Origin: Mobula hypostoma
Taxonomy: Eukaryota
NCBI RefSeq assembly: GCF_963921235.1
Contig: NC_086097.1
Location: 54,314,001 to 54,374,000, forward strand
DNA length: 60,000 nt
Direction: 5' to 3'
The translations under genes were made by a program, and so were the position numbers. Position 1 is the first letter of the stretch; every line of letters begins with the position of its first letter. Below, in pieces: positions 27,413 to 39,694 of this stretch. Under the pieces are notes generated by a model. The model did no database searches and was not told where the DNA came from. It worked only from the letters and a program-made list of their open reading frames with translations.

Positions 27413-29885
27413 GGCTTTTAATGGATTTCAGTAACTTTGAACTCAACCAGAGACATCAGGAAAAACTTAAAAGGAAAGCTTTCTGGTAGGTCACTAGCAT
27501 GCATTGATGGCAACTATTTTTGGGGTGAATTTGCATAAAGACAAATTTTCTGTAAGTCAGGTTATTTTCACCTATACCCTCAGAAAATCCTTACTCAAAG
27601 CACAATCTTGTTGGTATTGTGTTGGAAATATATCTCATTTCTATTAAAGACTGTGCTGTAGTTTGCAACAAATCAACAATTTGTTCAATTAACAAATGTC
27701 ATGTAGTATAATTAAAATCCTATTACAGTATTTTCAAATCTACATCAATTAGTCTGGTTCAAAAACAATATAATCCGTTCTAATGTACACACATTAACAG
27801 CAGTTTTGGATGAGAGAATGGAGAACTTCAAAAATCTTGAACAAAATAATCAAGCAGAATTACAGAAGAGAATGAGACTATAGCATCATACACGTCCTCT
27901 GCTACTACACAAAGGAAACATGGTCACACACATATTCATTGGTAACTAAATAAGATCCAAACAACAGCCTTAATGCACTCAGTATTCAATATGCTCTAGT
28001 AATGTAGTGTCATAAACAAACCTATAGAATGCTGAATCATAAAAACAACAGTTGGAGAAAGTAATGTGCTGCAATGTTCTGACTTAAAACAGAACCACGC
28101 CCCACTGTTCCTCTTCCCCATACACTTCTCAACTCTCATTACAAAAACATAATAACCGCTGTCGATACCAAACCCAGGATACATTCACTTCCCATCATGA
28201 ATTCACTAACCTTTCAAAGACCTGTGGGATCTACTTTACTGGAGACCACTACTGTAGCCATTCTATGGAACACAAGTGACAATGAAGCCTCAAGTAATGG
28301 AAACTGAGGACAGTCCCAACAGCCTGTGACAGCCAGTTGCTGTCAAAAGCAAGTTTAACTATTTTTAATTGTCCACAATATTCAGTGACATTTAAAAACA
28401 GCTTCAAAACATTTAAATAATTGGGTTCGAAAATAAATTTAGTTAAAATACATTAAATCATGTAATGTGAAGTGAAATACAAAATATCTTAATAACTCTA
28501 TTTGAATGCTGCTTAAATATTCAGCTATTGCTATCGTAAAGCTACAAGTCTGATGCAAATACTTATAGCTACTTAGCTCATATACTCTGGAATGCAAAAT
28601 GGATTTAATGACGAATACAGCAATGCAGCGGGAGATCAGATGTACTGACACCAGATTATGAAAGTACCTCCAACTTCCATGTTGCACTGCTCAGATCTAG
28701 ACTGGTGGAATGGTGATGATGCCCAATGCAACTGACCCCAGTCCAAATCATTGTGTAGAGGCAGTGCGGTAAAGAGCCACAAAGTTGATTTGTTTTCACA
28801 AAAGCTTCAGAAATGCACACTTTTCCTGCACTGAAGGCAGTACAGTGTAACTTTCCTACAAGGTATGCAAGGTGTTAATGCAGAGGAAGTGTGTGTCTGA
28901 AGAAAATATCTTCTTCTAAACTTAAAAGAGCAGGACAAGGAAATACTAGCTTAAACTAAGAGGTACTAGACATAGAAAGATCCTCTAGATAAATTAGGAT
29001 GTGTGGAACATCCACAAATTATTTAAGGAATGATTCTACAAATGGAAAACAGGGGAACGATGAGCTTTCTGTAAATAGAGAAAAGTATGCCAAATAGTTC
29101 CATTATCCATAATTAGTGGTCATTTCAGCCAATAACAAAATCGTGAGATTGACATTTTGCGAGACCATTGATTAAAAAGAATTTATATTTGACAGTTCTA
29201 AAAGCATTGCACATCTTCTGCAAGTATCTTCTCATTCCTTGAAAGGCAGCACACCAGAACTTCAACATCAAGATGAGTATTTATTAGCAACGATTAAATG
29301 CTTCACCATATGCACAATAATGGGTTATGTTTAATGACACTGGGCCATTTACAATAGTCTTTCAGTTAAATGGCCTTCACAATATTTTCATTCGTTAATC
29401 ATTTAAGGAATCTTTTGATTTTTAAGGTTACTAAATATCATTCTAATTTCAAAATATATTCAAGTTCCAACTGTTCCACTCAGCTATGGATATTAGCACA
29501 GGTGGACAAGGCACAAGTTTTAATAACAACATACTGTTTAATTTATTTCTTGCAAATTATCAATTACAATCTGAAAGACATTCACATATGACCACAGGAT
29601 TTTCTTTAATGAAAGGCATTTAACTAGAAATTAGTACAAACCTTTAATGCCATTTTGACTCTTTTAATCTTTTTGACCTTTACAACTGTCTTTGTACCGA
29701 AAAAAATGACAAAAGCAGATTGAAAAAATGTTAGTATGACAGCTGATAAGATCAGTGTAGATTAGCAACAGTCAGAATACAAAGGTTAAGGCAGCATGAA
29801 TCAACAGACTCAAAAGAAAAATCGTTTAGTAGGAAGAGAAATTGAAAATTCACATATATACAAAACTCATTCCACGTTAACTTAC

Positions 29886-29954
29886 AGGATTGAGTGTATT
29901 ACATTGGTCTATCGGATTCTTGTAGTCAGTCTTCAATTCATCAAATGCGATAAT
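29886..29954 (-). CDS. CNIH1: CNIH1 exon 2 (IIAFDELKTDYKNPIDQCNTLNP)
   Basis: ttccag acceptor and gtaagt donor; 69 bp. Confidence 0.97.
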
Positions 29955-30554
29955 CTGGAAAAGAACATTAAAGGTATAACTTGGTATCACTTACACCAAC
30001 ATTTTCAGAGACCATAGATAAATCTAATTTACACAAAGAAATACAGAGAAATCCAACAAATCTATTCCACATACAACTCCTGTTGTCAGAGTTTTTAAAT
30101 TAAAACAATGAATACATCATCCTGGATCCACTTACGAATGGTAACACCCTGATGTTTCCTTAGATGCTGCCTGAGCTGCTGAGTTCCTCCAGCATTTTGT
30201 GTGTTATCTTGGATTTCCAGCATCTGCAGATTTTCTCTTGTTTGTAACAAGACTAATTCAATCCTGTACATGCACTAACTATGCCGTTCTAGGAGTGAAC
30301 AAGTCATAAATGAGGAAGCTTTAAGCACAGGGTGTGGATGATAATATTTTAATAATAATTTACCACGAAAGTGAAGGATCATTATCTTATTTTGACGTTA
30401 TCTCCTCAGGCCTGACAATAGGTGTAAACTATGGAGGCCAAACTGAACCCAATACAATCACACGCCCTTCCATTTAAGTGTGAAATAAAAATACACAAAA
30501 CGACTCCTCCAAAAAAAAGAGCACGGACCAAGATCAACATAATCGGATACTCAC

Positions 30555-30635
30555 ATGCCAAATGGCAAAGAATATTAGAGCAGCAGTGAGTAGCAGCGCC
30601 AACATGTAACAAAAGGCCGCGAATGTAAACGCCAT
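30555..30635 (-). CDS. CNIH1: CNIH1 exon 1 coding part ([27 protein letters not shown])
   Basis: Kozak aagATGG and gtgagt donor. The five exons sum to 435 nt, i.e. 144 aa plus stop. Confidence 0.97.
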
Positions 30636-31000
30636 CTTCGCTGAGAGCAGACGCCACTTGCCGGGCTGGGCCGGGTGTGCGCGCTGCGCGGGGACAGAAT
30701 CGGATACGTCAACGCCGCAAGGTCACGTGACGCTCACAGCCCCTCCCTCCGGAGTTCGAACTCTCCCGGGCTGGGCCGGGCCAGGTGTGCGCGCTGCGCG
30801 GGGACAGAATCGGATACGTCAACGCCGCAAGGTCACGTGACGCTCACAGCCCCTCCCTCAGGAGTTCGAACCCTCGCGGGTCGGGCCGAGCCGGGTCGGG
30901 CCGGATCGGACCGGACCTGGGCGGCCTGTCGGGTCTCGGGGGTGATCTGTGCTCTTGTCCTCCCTGCTTACGGGACGAGACCAGTGACGGCGAGAAAATA
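30600..31000 (-). promoter_or_regulatory. CNIH1 CpG-island promoter with duplicated E-box/CRE module and a YY1-like site
   Basis: CpG dense. GTCACGTGAC at 30722 and 30832, TACGTCA twice, and CGCCATCTT overlapping the start codon. Confidence 0.85.
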
Positions 31001-31040
31001 CAGCTTTAACCCTAAAATTTACTGGTAGGTCCATACATAC

Positions 31041-31170
31041 AAGAGAGACCTCAGATGCTGGAAATCGTGAGCAAAAAAAAACACACGCAAGTGCTGGAGG
31101 AACTCCGCGGGTCAGCCAGCATCGAGAGAAATAAACAGTCGACGTTTCGGGCCAAACCCCTTCATCATTA
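31041..31170 (-). mobile_element. Penelope 3'-end fragment with near-intact hammerhead core
   Basis: Minus strand reads aTGATGAaggggtttggcccGAAACGTCgactg. Confidence 0.78.
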
Positions 31171-31593
31171 CTTAATGACTCCTGGTTAACTTCCAGCAGA
31201 AAATTACTGGAACTAAAGGACAAGATGTGAAATAAAGCTGAAAGTCCTGAAAATAATTGACAGCCAAAACGTGGGTTTTCATGGCCATTGTAGCCTAAAC
31301 GCACAAGGCATAATCCCACCGGCTGCCAAGAATGTTGGTGAATTTATTAATGACATCTAACCCCGACCCCCTCTCATATTCCTACTAAAAACCTGACCAT
31401 GAAGAGCTTCATTCAAAAATCCACAACCTCCTATCCAGGGTACTTCATAGATGTCACAATCATGACCATCTTCAAGAAATGAAACTATTCTAAACTAGTA
31501 ACTACAGAGGCCTCTGTTGTCTGGCACAGGAAAAATCTTTGGTTCCTCCCTGTGGCCAAGAAGTTGCTCTTTGAATCTTACCACATAAAAGGC

Positions 31594-31760
31594 AAAATCT
31601 ACAGATGCTGGCTATCCAAGCAATGCACACAAAATGCTGGAAAAACTCAGCAAGCTAGGCAGCATCTATGGAAAAGAGTAAACAGTTGACATTTTGGGCC
31701 GAGACTTTCATCACAACTCCTGAAGGGTGTCCACCCGAAAAGACAACTGTTTACTCTTCA
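31594..31760. mobile_element. Inverted Penelope end remnant
   Basis: aagagtaaacagttg...caactgtttactctt flank two opposed degenerate hammerheads. Confidence 0.7.
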
Positions 31761-32029
31761 AATCTTATTGTGGATTTTGTCCATCAGAGGTATCTTGTAC
31801 AGGATTGCAACTCGTAGAAAAATGTTGAAATAAGTAGTTACTTATACTTAAACTTCAGTCAGATTTTTGACATTGTTCATCAGGAAGGACTCCACACCAC
31901 TCTTTCAGTTATCTACCCACTTGCCCCTTACATTTGTTTATGAGCCACCAGGTCCAAAAACAGGACCAATTTCAGAGTCAAATAAGCGAACATCATTAAA
32001 TCTCATAACCTTTGATGCCCTGACTAATC

Positions 32030-34610
32030 AAAAACCCATCATCCTCCACTTTAAATATACCCAATGACTTCATGGCTGTGGCAATGAATTCCACAGATTC
32101 ATCACTCTCTGACTAAAAAGTTCTTCATTCTAAAGGGACATCCATGTATTCTGAGGCTGTGCCCTCTGGTTCTATGATCCCCTATAACAGGAAATAACTT
32201 TTCCATGTGTGCTCTATCTAGGCCTTTCTATATTTGATAGGTTTCAATGAGATCCTCCCTCGTTCTTCTAAACTCCAGTGAGTACAGGCTTAGAGCCATC
32301 AAACACACCTCATACATTAACCCTTTCATTCCTGTGAACTTCCTCTGGACCCTCTCCAATGCCAGCACATTTTTTCTTACAATAGGGGCCCAAAACTGCT
32401 CACTGTTCTCCAAGCGCGGTCTGACTAATGCCTTATAAAGCCTTAGCATTACAGACTTGTTTTATTTGTATTTTAGTCCTGTTGAAATGAATGCTAATAT
32501 TGCAATTGCCTTCCTTATCACCGACTCAGCCTGAAAATTAAGCTTCAGGAAATCCTTTATGAGGACTCCCAAGTCGCTTTGGACTGCTGATTTCTGAATT
32601 TGTTCCCCTTTAGAAAATAGCCTATGCTACACCCTTATTTCTTCTATCAAAGTGCATGAGCATAGATTTCCCTTCAATTTATTCTATCTGTCACTTCTTT
32701 GCCTATTCTCCAGATCTGTCTGCAGACTCCCTGCTTCCTCAGCACTACCTGCCCCATCAGCTATCTTTGTATATGGTGCCTTCTTGACCACAAACCCATC
32801 AATTCCATCATCCAAACTGTTGACGTATAAGGTGAAAAGAATTAGTCCCCAGACCCCTATGGAACATCTCTTGTCACTGGCAGCCAACCAGGAAGGGCCC
32901 CCTTTATTCCCACTCTTTGCCTCCTACCAGTCAGTCAGTCTTCTATCTGTGCTAGTATCTTTCCTGTAATATCATGGGCTCTTATCTTGTTTAGCAGCCT
33001 CATGGGTGGCACCTTGACAAAGGCCTTTTGAAAATCCTAGTAAACAACATCCAGTGACTCTCCTGTGTTTATGCTCAAAGGGTTCCTACAGATTTTTCAG
33101 GCAAGAGTTCCCGACTTAGGCCTATTTTATCATATGTCTTCAAGTACCCTGAAACCTCATGCTTAATAATGGACTCCAGCATCTTCCCAACCACTAAAGT
33201 CAGGTTAACTAGTCTATAATTTCCTATCTACCGGTTCCCACGGCTACCTTGACTATACCTCTTCCCACCCTGTCTCCTGTAAAAATTTATTCCCAGGATG
33301 TGGCTTTCCTTTCCAGAACATCAGAGATGTCCACCTTCTTCAAAGATCGGGGTTTCTCTTCCTCCACCATTGTTGCCACCCTCTCCCGCATCTCTTCCAT
33401 TTCCCAGACTTCCATGCTCACCCCATCTTCCCACTGCCTTTAGAGTGATAGAGTTCCTCTTTTCTTTACCTACCACCCCATGAGCCTCTGCATCCAACAC
33501 ATCCTTCTCCACAATTTCCGCCATCTCCAAAAGGAACCTACCACTAAATACATCTTTACCAATCCCGCACCCCTGCCCCCCCCCACACTCTCCACTTTCT
33601 GCAGGGATTGCTCCCTCCATGAATCCTTTGTCCAATTGTCCCTCCCCCTGACACTTATCCCTGCATGTGACCAATGTGCTACACCTGGTCATTCACCTCC
33701 TCCCTCACCCGCACTTGGGGCTCCAAACGGTCCTTCCAGGTAGGCAATACTTCACCTACTAGGGTCATCTATTGTGACGGGTGCTCCTGATGTGGCCTCC
33801 TCTACATTGGTGAGACCCATTGTAAATTGGGACACCACTCCGTCGAGCACTTCCGCTTCATCTGCCAAAAGCGGAGCTTCCTGGTGGCCCATTTTAATTC
33901 TGATTCCCATTCACATTGCGACATGTCACACCATGGCCTCATCTTGCGCTAGGATGAGGCCACTCTCAGGATGGAGAAGCAACACCTTATATTCTGTCTG
34001 GGTAGCCTTCAAACTGATGGCATGTATTTCAATATATCCTTATGAAAAAAGATCGCCCCTCCCCTTCTTCTATTTCTCACTCTGTCCTCTTACCTCTTTC
34101 TCACCCTGGTGCCCTTTCTTCAATGGTCCTCTCTTTATCAGATTTCTTCATCTCCAGCTCTTTACCCTTCCCACCCACCTGGTGTCATCTACCACCTTCG
34201 AACTGTCCCTTTTCCCCTCCCCCCCCACCTTTTTATTGTGTCTTTCCTCTTCCTTTCCAGTCCTGAGAAAAGGGTCTCAGGCTGAAATTTGGCTCTTTGC
34301 TCATTTCCATCGATGCTGCCTGACCTGCTGAATTCCTCCAACATTTTGGTGTGTTGTTTATAATTTCCTTTCTTCTGTCTCCCTCCCTTCTTAAAGAGTG
34401 GAGTGACATTTGCAATATTCCAGTCCTCCGGCACCATTCCAGAATCTAGTGATTCTTTAAAGATCATTATTAATGCCTCCACAATCTCTTCAGCTACCTC
34501 TTTCAGAACCCTGGGGTGGAGTCCAATTTGTCCAGGTGACTTATCGAACTTCAGGCCATTAAGGTCCCACACACCTTCTCCTTAGAAATAGCAACTGAGC
34601 TGACTTCTGC
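32030..34610 (-). mobile_element. CR1 LINE fragment split by a Penelope insertion
   Basis: LYKALVRPRLE...QFWAP and DKSPG..LHPRVLKEVAEEIVEAL; the CR1 resumes after 34358. Confidence 0.88.
33226..34358 (+). mobile_element. 5'-truncated decayed Penelope-like element with 11-bp TSD
   Basis: Homologous to 38480-39755. TSD tataatttcct at 33215-33225 and 34359-34369. Confidence 0.88.
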
Positions 34611-34779
34611 CCCCAACTCTTAGCTTTCAAGAATCAGCAAGGTGCCTTAATTCAGTTATGAGACTCCAATGTATTACACAACAGCAGACTTCACAATTTT
34701 CTATGCAGAACTAGCATGTCTTTCATGGATTAAAATTATACAAGGTCAATCTTGCTTCATTTTCTTACTCTCAAAGCAG

Positions 34780-36190
34780 GGTAGTACTTGAGCAATGCAT
34801 GATCAGGCCCTGAGTATTGGAGAACAGAAGTTAGAAATTTGTCCACATTTTGCTGAAAGAGGTATCACGGGTAGACAGGGTGGTGAAGAAGATATTTGGT
34901 ACACTGCAGTTTATCATTCGGGACATTGAGTATTTGACTGAGTATACTGGTGTAGTTGTAAAAGATGTTGGTGAGAACACACTTGGAGTATTGTGCGTAC
35001 CATTTTCATCAATTTTTTTGGCGGGGGTGGGGGAGACACCACTAAACTGGAAAGAGTCCAGAGAAAATTTACAAGGATGCTTCCTGGGTTCATGGGCCCA
35101 AGCAATATCAAAAGGTTGGGCAGGCTGGGATTTTATGCTTTGGAATGTAGATGATTGATGGGTGCCGGATTGAGAGATAAAATCATGAGGGTGAATGTAG
35201 AGTCTTTTTTCCCGCTAGAAAAGAGGAACTAAAAAAGATGTAAGAGGCATAGGTTCAAAGGTGAGAGGTAACAGATTTAAAAGGGGCCTAAGACACAACT
35301 TCTTCCCACAGTGGGTGGTGTGTGATCAGAATGAGATAGTGGTTGAGACATGTACAATAACATTCAAAAGGAACTTGGATAAGTACATGAATAGGAAGGG
35401 TTCAAAGTAAATTTATTATCAAAGTATTATATGTCACCATATACTATACTACTGAAATTAATTTTCTTACAGGTATTCACAGGAACAAAATACTATAGAA
35501 CTAATGAAAAACTACACAGTCTGACAAATGTGCAGAAGACTAAAAACAGTGCAAATGCAGAAAAACTACTAATAATAAAAATGTAGGTAAATAAATACTG
35601 AGAACATGCATTATAACTCTTGAAAGTGAGTCCAGTGATGAGGAGAGAGAAGTGATCCATGCTGGTTCAAAAGCTTGATGGCTGAAGGGTATTAACTGTT
35701 CCTGAACCTGGTGGTGTGGAGCCCACGGCTCCTCCTGTACCCCTTCCCAATGGCAACAGCCATAATAGAGCATGACCTAAATGGTGCAGTCCTTGATGAT
35801 GGATGCTGCTTTCTTGTGACACCACTCCTTATAGATAGTGGGGGAGCTTTTCCTGTGATGCACTGAGCTGTGTCCATCACTTTTTGTCGGCTTTTCCATA
35901 CTAGGCCATAATGCAATCGGTGAAAATATTCTCCAAGGTGCTTCTATAGAGCTTTGTCAAAGTTTTAGAGGAAATGCCAAATTGGTGCAAACTTCTAATA
36001 GAGGCATTGCTGTGCTTTCTTTGCAATGGCAGTCCCAAGCAAGATCCTCCAAACACCAAGGAATTTAAATGAATTAAAAAGGTCTAGAAGGGGATAGCCA
36101 AATGTGGGCAAATGGGACCTGTGTGGCTGGCTGCATTGGTGAGTTGGGCCAAAGGGCTTACTTCCTAACTGTGTTACTCTTTGACTCCAT
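34780..36190 (+). mobile_element. Old CR1 3' fragment interrupted by a minus-strand Rex/Babar fragment (~35401-36070)
   Basis: The CR1 tail resumes at about 36075 (gggatagccaaatgtgggcaaatggga). The insert encodes HTTRFRNS. Confidence 0.68.
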
Positions 36191-36442
36191 AACATGAGAA
36201 CAGGATTAAATGTGGCATCCAAGATGGAAAATAATTTGCACATTTAAGAAAAAAATCCTGTAATTTTCTGCTAGGGCTTAGTAATCCAATTAATAATAAT
36301 ACTTTTTAAAAACATGTAGAAGGGTGAGATTTCCTGGTGGTGGCTGATGGAGAACAGCAATTTGCCGTTGCTCCAACTCTAATTATCTTACTATTTCCAA
36401 CCTGTCTTGAAACTTTTTTTTTAAGTGTGATATTCTTTCATT

Positions 36443-37223
36443 ATGGCTGGAAGGAGTGCCAGAAGTACTAAAAAGGATGATTTTCCTGCCTCTTCGGATT
36501 CTATTATGGAATTGCTGCAAAGTCATACACGAGAAGCCTCTGAGAAATTTCAACAATTCAGCTCTGAATTTAAACAAATAGATGGTAAATTGGATTGTAT
36601 TCAACAAATTCTTAGTGAACACAATAAACGTATTAAAAATAATGAGGAAAATTTGTCGGCTCTGGAAACGGAAGTGGATGAATTGCAGAACCTTTGTGAA
36701 AAGCAATCGAAATCCAACAAAAAGTCAAGACAGAAGATTAGCAACCTAGAAAATAGAAGTAGAAGGAACAACATATGAGTTCTTGAAGAATTAATCGAAG
36801 GTAATTATCCTATGGAGTTTTTTTGCAAACTTTTTGCCAGAATTATTTCTGGAGATTTTGACATCTGTGCCTACGATTGATTGAGTTTACAGATCTCCTG
36901 CATTTAGAACTTCTAATGGTCAGAGACCAAGATCAGTCATAATCTGTTTTCAGGAAATTAAAACAAAGAAACTCTTAATTCACGAATCTCGTCGAAGAGG
37001 CATGATTGACTGTAATGGTCGCAAGATTAGAATTGTCGATTATTCACCTGAGGTTATGCAGAAACGTGTTAAGTTCAAAGAAGTTATATCTGAGCTTTTT
37101 AATAAGGGTTTCAAGCCTTCCCTTCGCTACCCAGCCCAACTCAGAATCACACTTAAAAACGGTTCTTTTGAATGGTCCCGCTCGACTGTTGAAGCACAAA
37201 AGTTTTTAAAATCCGAAGGCTAG
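36443..37223 (+). pseudogene. L1 ORF1 remnant (coiled coil plus RRM/CTD)
   Basis: LENRSRRNNI followed by an in-frame stop; C-terminal DYSPEVMQKR...SLRYPAQLRIT. Confidence 0.88.
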
Positions 37224-38004
37224 CTGTTTAGTTTCTCCTTACATGAAGACACAAGATTAAATGGAAATTTTTTAATTTGCAAATCCCATCGAAGGGGCAT
37301 GATTGGTTATAGGGTGGAATATTAAGATTCTCAAAGATTATTCGCTTGAGGTTATGCAGGAATGTGCTAAGTTTAAACAAGCTCTGTTGGAAATTTTTAA
37401 ATAAGGGTTTTAACCTATCCCTTGGCTACCCAGTTTGACTGAGAATCTCATTAAAGATGGATTCTTCAAATGGTTTCATTTGAAGCACAAAGGTTTTTTA
37501 AGTTTGAAGGCTAACTGCTTAGTCTGTTTTTCCATGAAGATATAAGATTAATGTTTAATGTCTATCTGTATGAATAATTGTATCTTTTACTTTTAGTAAA
37601 CCTTTGTAACTAATTTCCTTTTGTATTTTTTAATACTGTATTTTTGATATATGAGAATTGAATCTCTTGTTTGGGTATTGTTTAGTCTAGGTTGGAATAT
37701 AAATAACCTCGAAACTAATTGGTGCGATCACCAGGATTTTTGGGGGATTTGTCCATAGTTCATAGATGCCGACTTTCTATTGGTTGGTTTTCTTTCTTTG
37801 GGAGATGGGTGGGGGTATGTTTTTTTTCTCAAAAGCTGTTTTCAAATTTTTAGCCAACTTTTTGCTTGGTTTTTAACTTACATTTTAACCCTTCCTTTAA
37901 ATAATATTAAAAATGGACCAAACTGTTAATTTCATGACACTTCTCACGCTCTTAAACTTTTCGATGATTTTAAGTTCCCTGGCCCCCACCGCTTTATTTT
38001 CACC

Positions 38005-39366
38005 ATGGATGTCCAGTCCTTATATACTTCCATCCCCCATCAAGAAGGTCTCAAAGCTCTACGCTTCTTTTTGGATTCCAGACCTAATCAGTTCCCCTCT
38101 ACCACCACCCTGCTCCGTCTAGCGGAATTAGTCCTCACTCTTAATAATTTCTCCTTTGGCTCCTCCCACTTCCTCCAAACTAAAGGTGTAGCTATGGGCA
38201 CCCGTATGGATCCGAGCTATGCCTGCCTTTTTGTTGGGTTTGTGGAACAATCTATGTTCCGTGCCTATTCTGGTATCTGTCCCCCATTTTTCCTTCGCTA
38301 CATCGACGACTGCATTGGCGCTGCTTCCTGCACGCATGCAGAACTCGTTGACTTTATTAACTTTGCCTCCAACTTTCACCCTGCCCTCAAGTTTACCTGG
38401 TCCATTTCCGACACCTCCCTCCCCTTTCTAGATCTTTCTGTCTCTGTCTCTGGAGACAGCTTATCCACTGATATCTACTATAAGCCTACTGACTCTCACA
38501 GCTATCTGGACTATTCCTCTTCTCACCCTGTCTCTTGCAAAAACGCCATCCCCTTCTCGCAATTCCTCCGTCTCCGCCGCATCTGCTCTCAGGATGAGGC
38601 TTTTCATTCTAGGACGAGGGAGATGTCTTCCTTTTTTAAAGAAAGGGGCTTCCCTTCCTCCATTATCAACTCTGCTCTTAAACGCATCTCCCCCATTTCA
38701 CGTACATCTGCTCTCACTCCATCCTCCCGCCACCCCACTAGGAATAGGGTTCCCCTGGTCCTCACCTACCACCCCGCCAGCCTCCGGGTCCAACATATTA
38801 TTCTCCGTAACTTCCGCCACCTCCAAAGGGATCCCACCACTAAGCACATCTTTCCCTCCCCCCCTCTGTCTGCATTCTGCAGGGATCGCTCCCTACACAA
38901 CTCCCTTGTCCATTCGTCCCCCCCTTCCCTCCCCACAGATCTCCCTCCTGGCACTTATCCGTGTAAGCGGAACAAGTGCTACACATGCCCTTACACTTCC
39001 TCCCTTACCACCATTCAGGGCCCCAAACAGTCCTTCCAGGTGAGGCAACACTTCACCTGTGAGTCGACTGGGGTGATATACTGCGTCCGGTGCTCCCGAT
39101 GTGGCCTTTTATATATTGGCGAGACCCGACGCAGACTGGGAGACCGCTTTACTGAACATCTACGCTCTGTCCGCCAGAGAAAGCAGGATCTCCCAGTGGC
39201 CACACATTTTAATTCCACATCCCATTCCCATTCTGACATGTCTGTCCACGGCCTCCTCTACTGCAAAGATGAAGCCACACTCAGGTTGGAGGAACAACAC
39301 CTTATATTCCGTCTGGGTAGCCTCCAACCTGATGGCATGAACATCAACTTCTCTAACTTCTGCTAA
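38005..39366 (+). CDS. PLE reverse transcriptase plus GIY-YIG endonuclease (N-truncated; frame open from 37933)
   Basis: MDVQSLYTSIP, GVAMG, LRYIDD, FLDL, the linker CKRNKCYTC and GVIYCVRCSRCGLLYIGET. Confidence 0.93.
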   Translation: MDVQSLYTSIPHQEGLKALRFFLDSRPNQFPSTTTLLRLAELVLTLNNFSFGSSHFLQTKGVAMGTRMDPSYACLFVGFVEQSMFRAYSGICPPFFLRYIDDCIGAASCTHAELVDFINFASNFHPALKFTWSISDTSLPFLDLSVSVSGDSLSTDIYYKPTDSHSYLDYSSSHPVSCKNAIPFSQFLRLRRICSQDEAFHSRTREMSSFFKERGFPSSIINSALKRISPISRTSALTPSSRHPTRNRVPLVLTYHPASLRVQHIILRNFRHLQRDPTTKHIFPSPPLSAFCRDRSLHNSLVHSSPPSLPTDLPPGTYPCKRNKCYTCPYTSSLTTIQGPKQSFQVRQHFTCESTGVIYCVRCSRCGLLYIGETRRRLGDRFTEHLRSVRQRKQDLPVATHFNSTSHSHSDMSVHGLLYCKDEATLRLEEQHLIFRLGSLQPDGMNINFSNFC

Positions 39367-39656
39367 GGCCCCACCTCCTCCTCGTACCCCATCTGGTACT
39401 TATTTTTATGCACACATTCTTTCTCTCACTCTCCTTTTTCTCCCTCTGTCCCTCTGAATATACCTCGCCCATCCTCTGGGTCCCCCCCCCTTGTCTTTCT
39501 TCCCGGACCTCCTGTCCCATGATCCTCTCGTATCCCCTTTTGCCTATCATCTGTCCAGCTCTTGGCTCTACCCCTCCCCCTCCTGTCTTCTCCTATCATT
39601 TTGGATCTCCCCCTCTCCCTCCAACTTTCAAATCCCTTACTCACTCTTCCTTCAGT

Positions 39657-39694
39657 TAGTCCTGATGAAGGGTCTCGGCCTGAAACGTCCACTG
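39657..39694 (+). ncRNA. Minimal type-I hammerhead ribozyme motif
   Basis: aguc-CUGAUGA-agg gucucgg ccu-GAAAC-GUC-cacu. The core is intact with one helix I mismatch. Confidence 0.72.

Noticed and set aside
28700..28743. GTGATGA...CTGA inside a gactgg/ccagtc stem, resembling a box C/D snoRNA
   Set aside because: Far too short for a snoRNA and antisense to the host gene; likely chance.
30751..30871. GTTCGAA B-box-like motifs suggesting tRNA genes
   Set aside because: No cloverleaf or properly spaced A box is evident.
30658..31319. ORFs of 60-153 aa over the CpG island
   Set aside because: By-products of GC richness, the tandem duplication and a repeat fragment; no recognisable protein.
37913..39366. 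L1 ORF2 ATG fused in frame to the Penelope ORF
   Set aside because: The offset from 37913 to 37933 is 20 nt, so it is out of frame; that frame stops at 38122.
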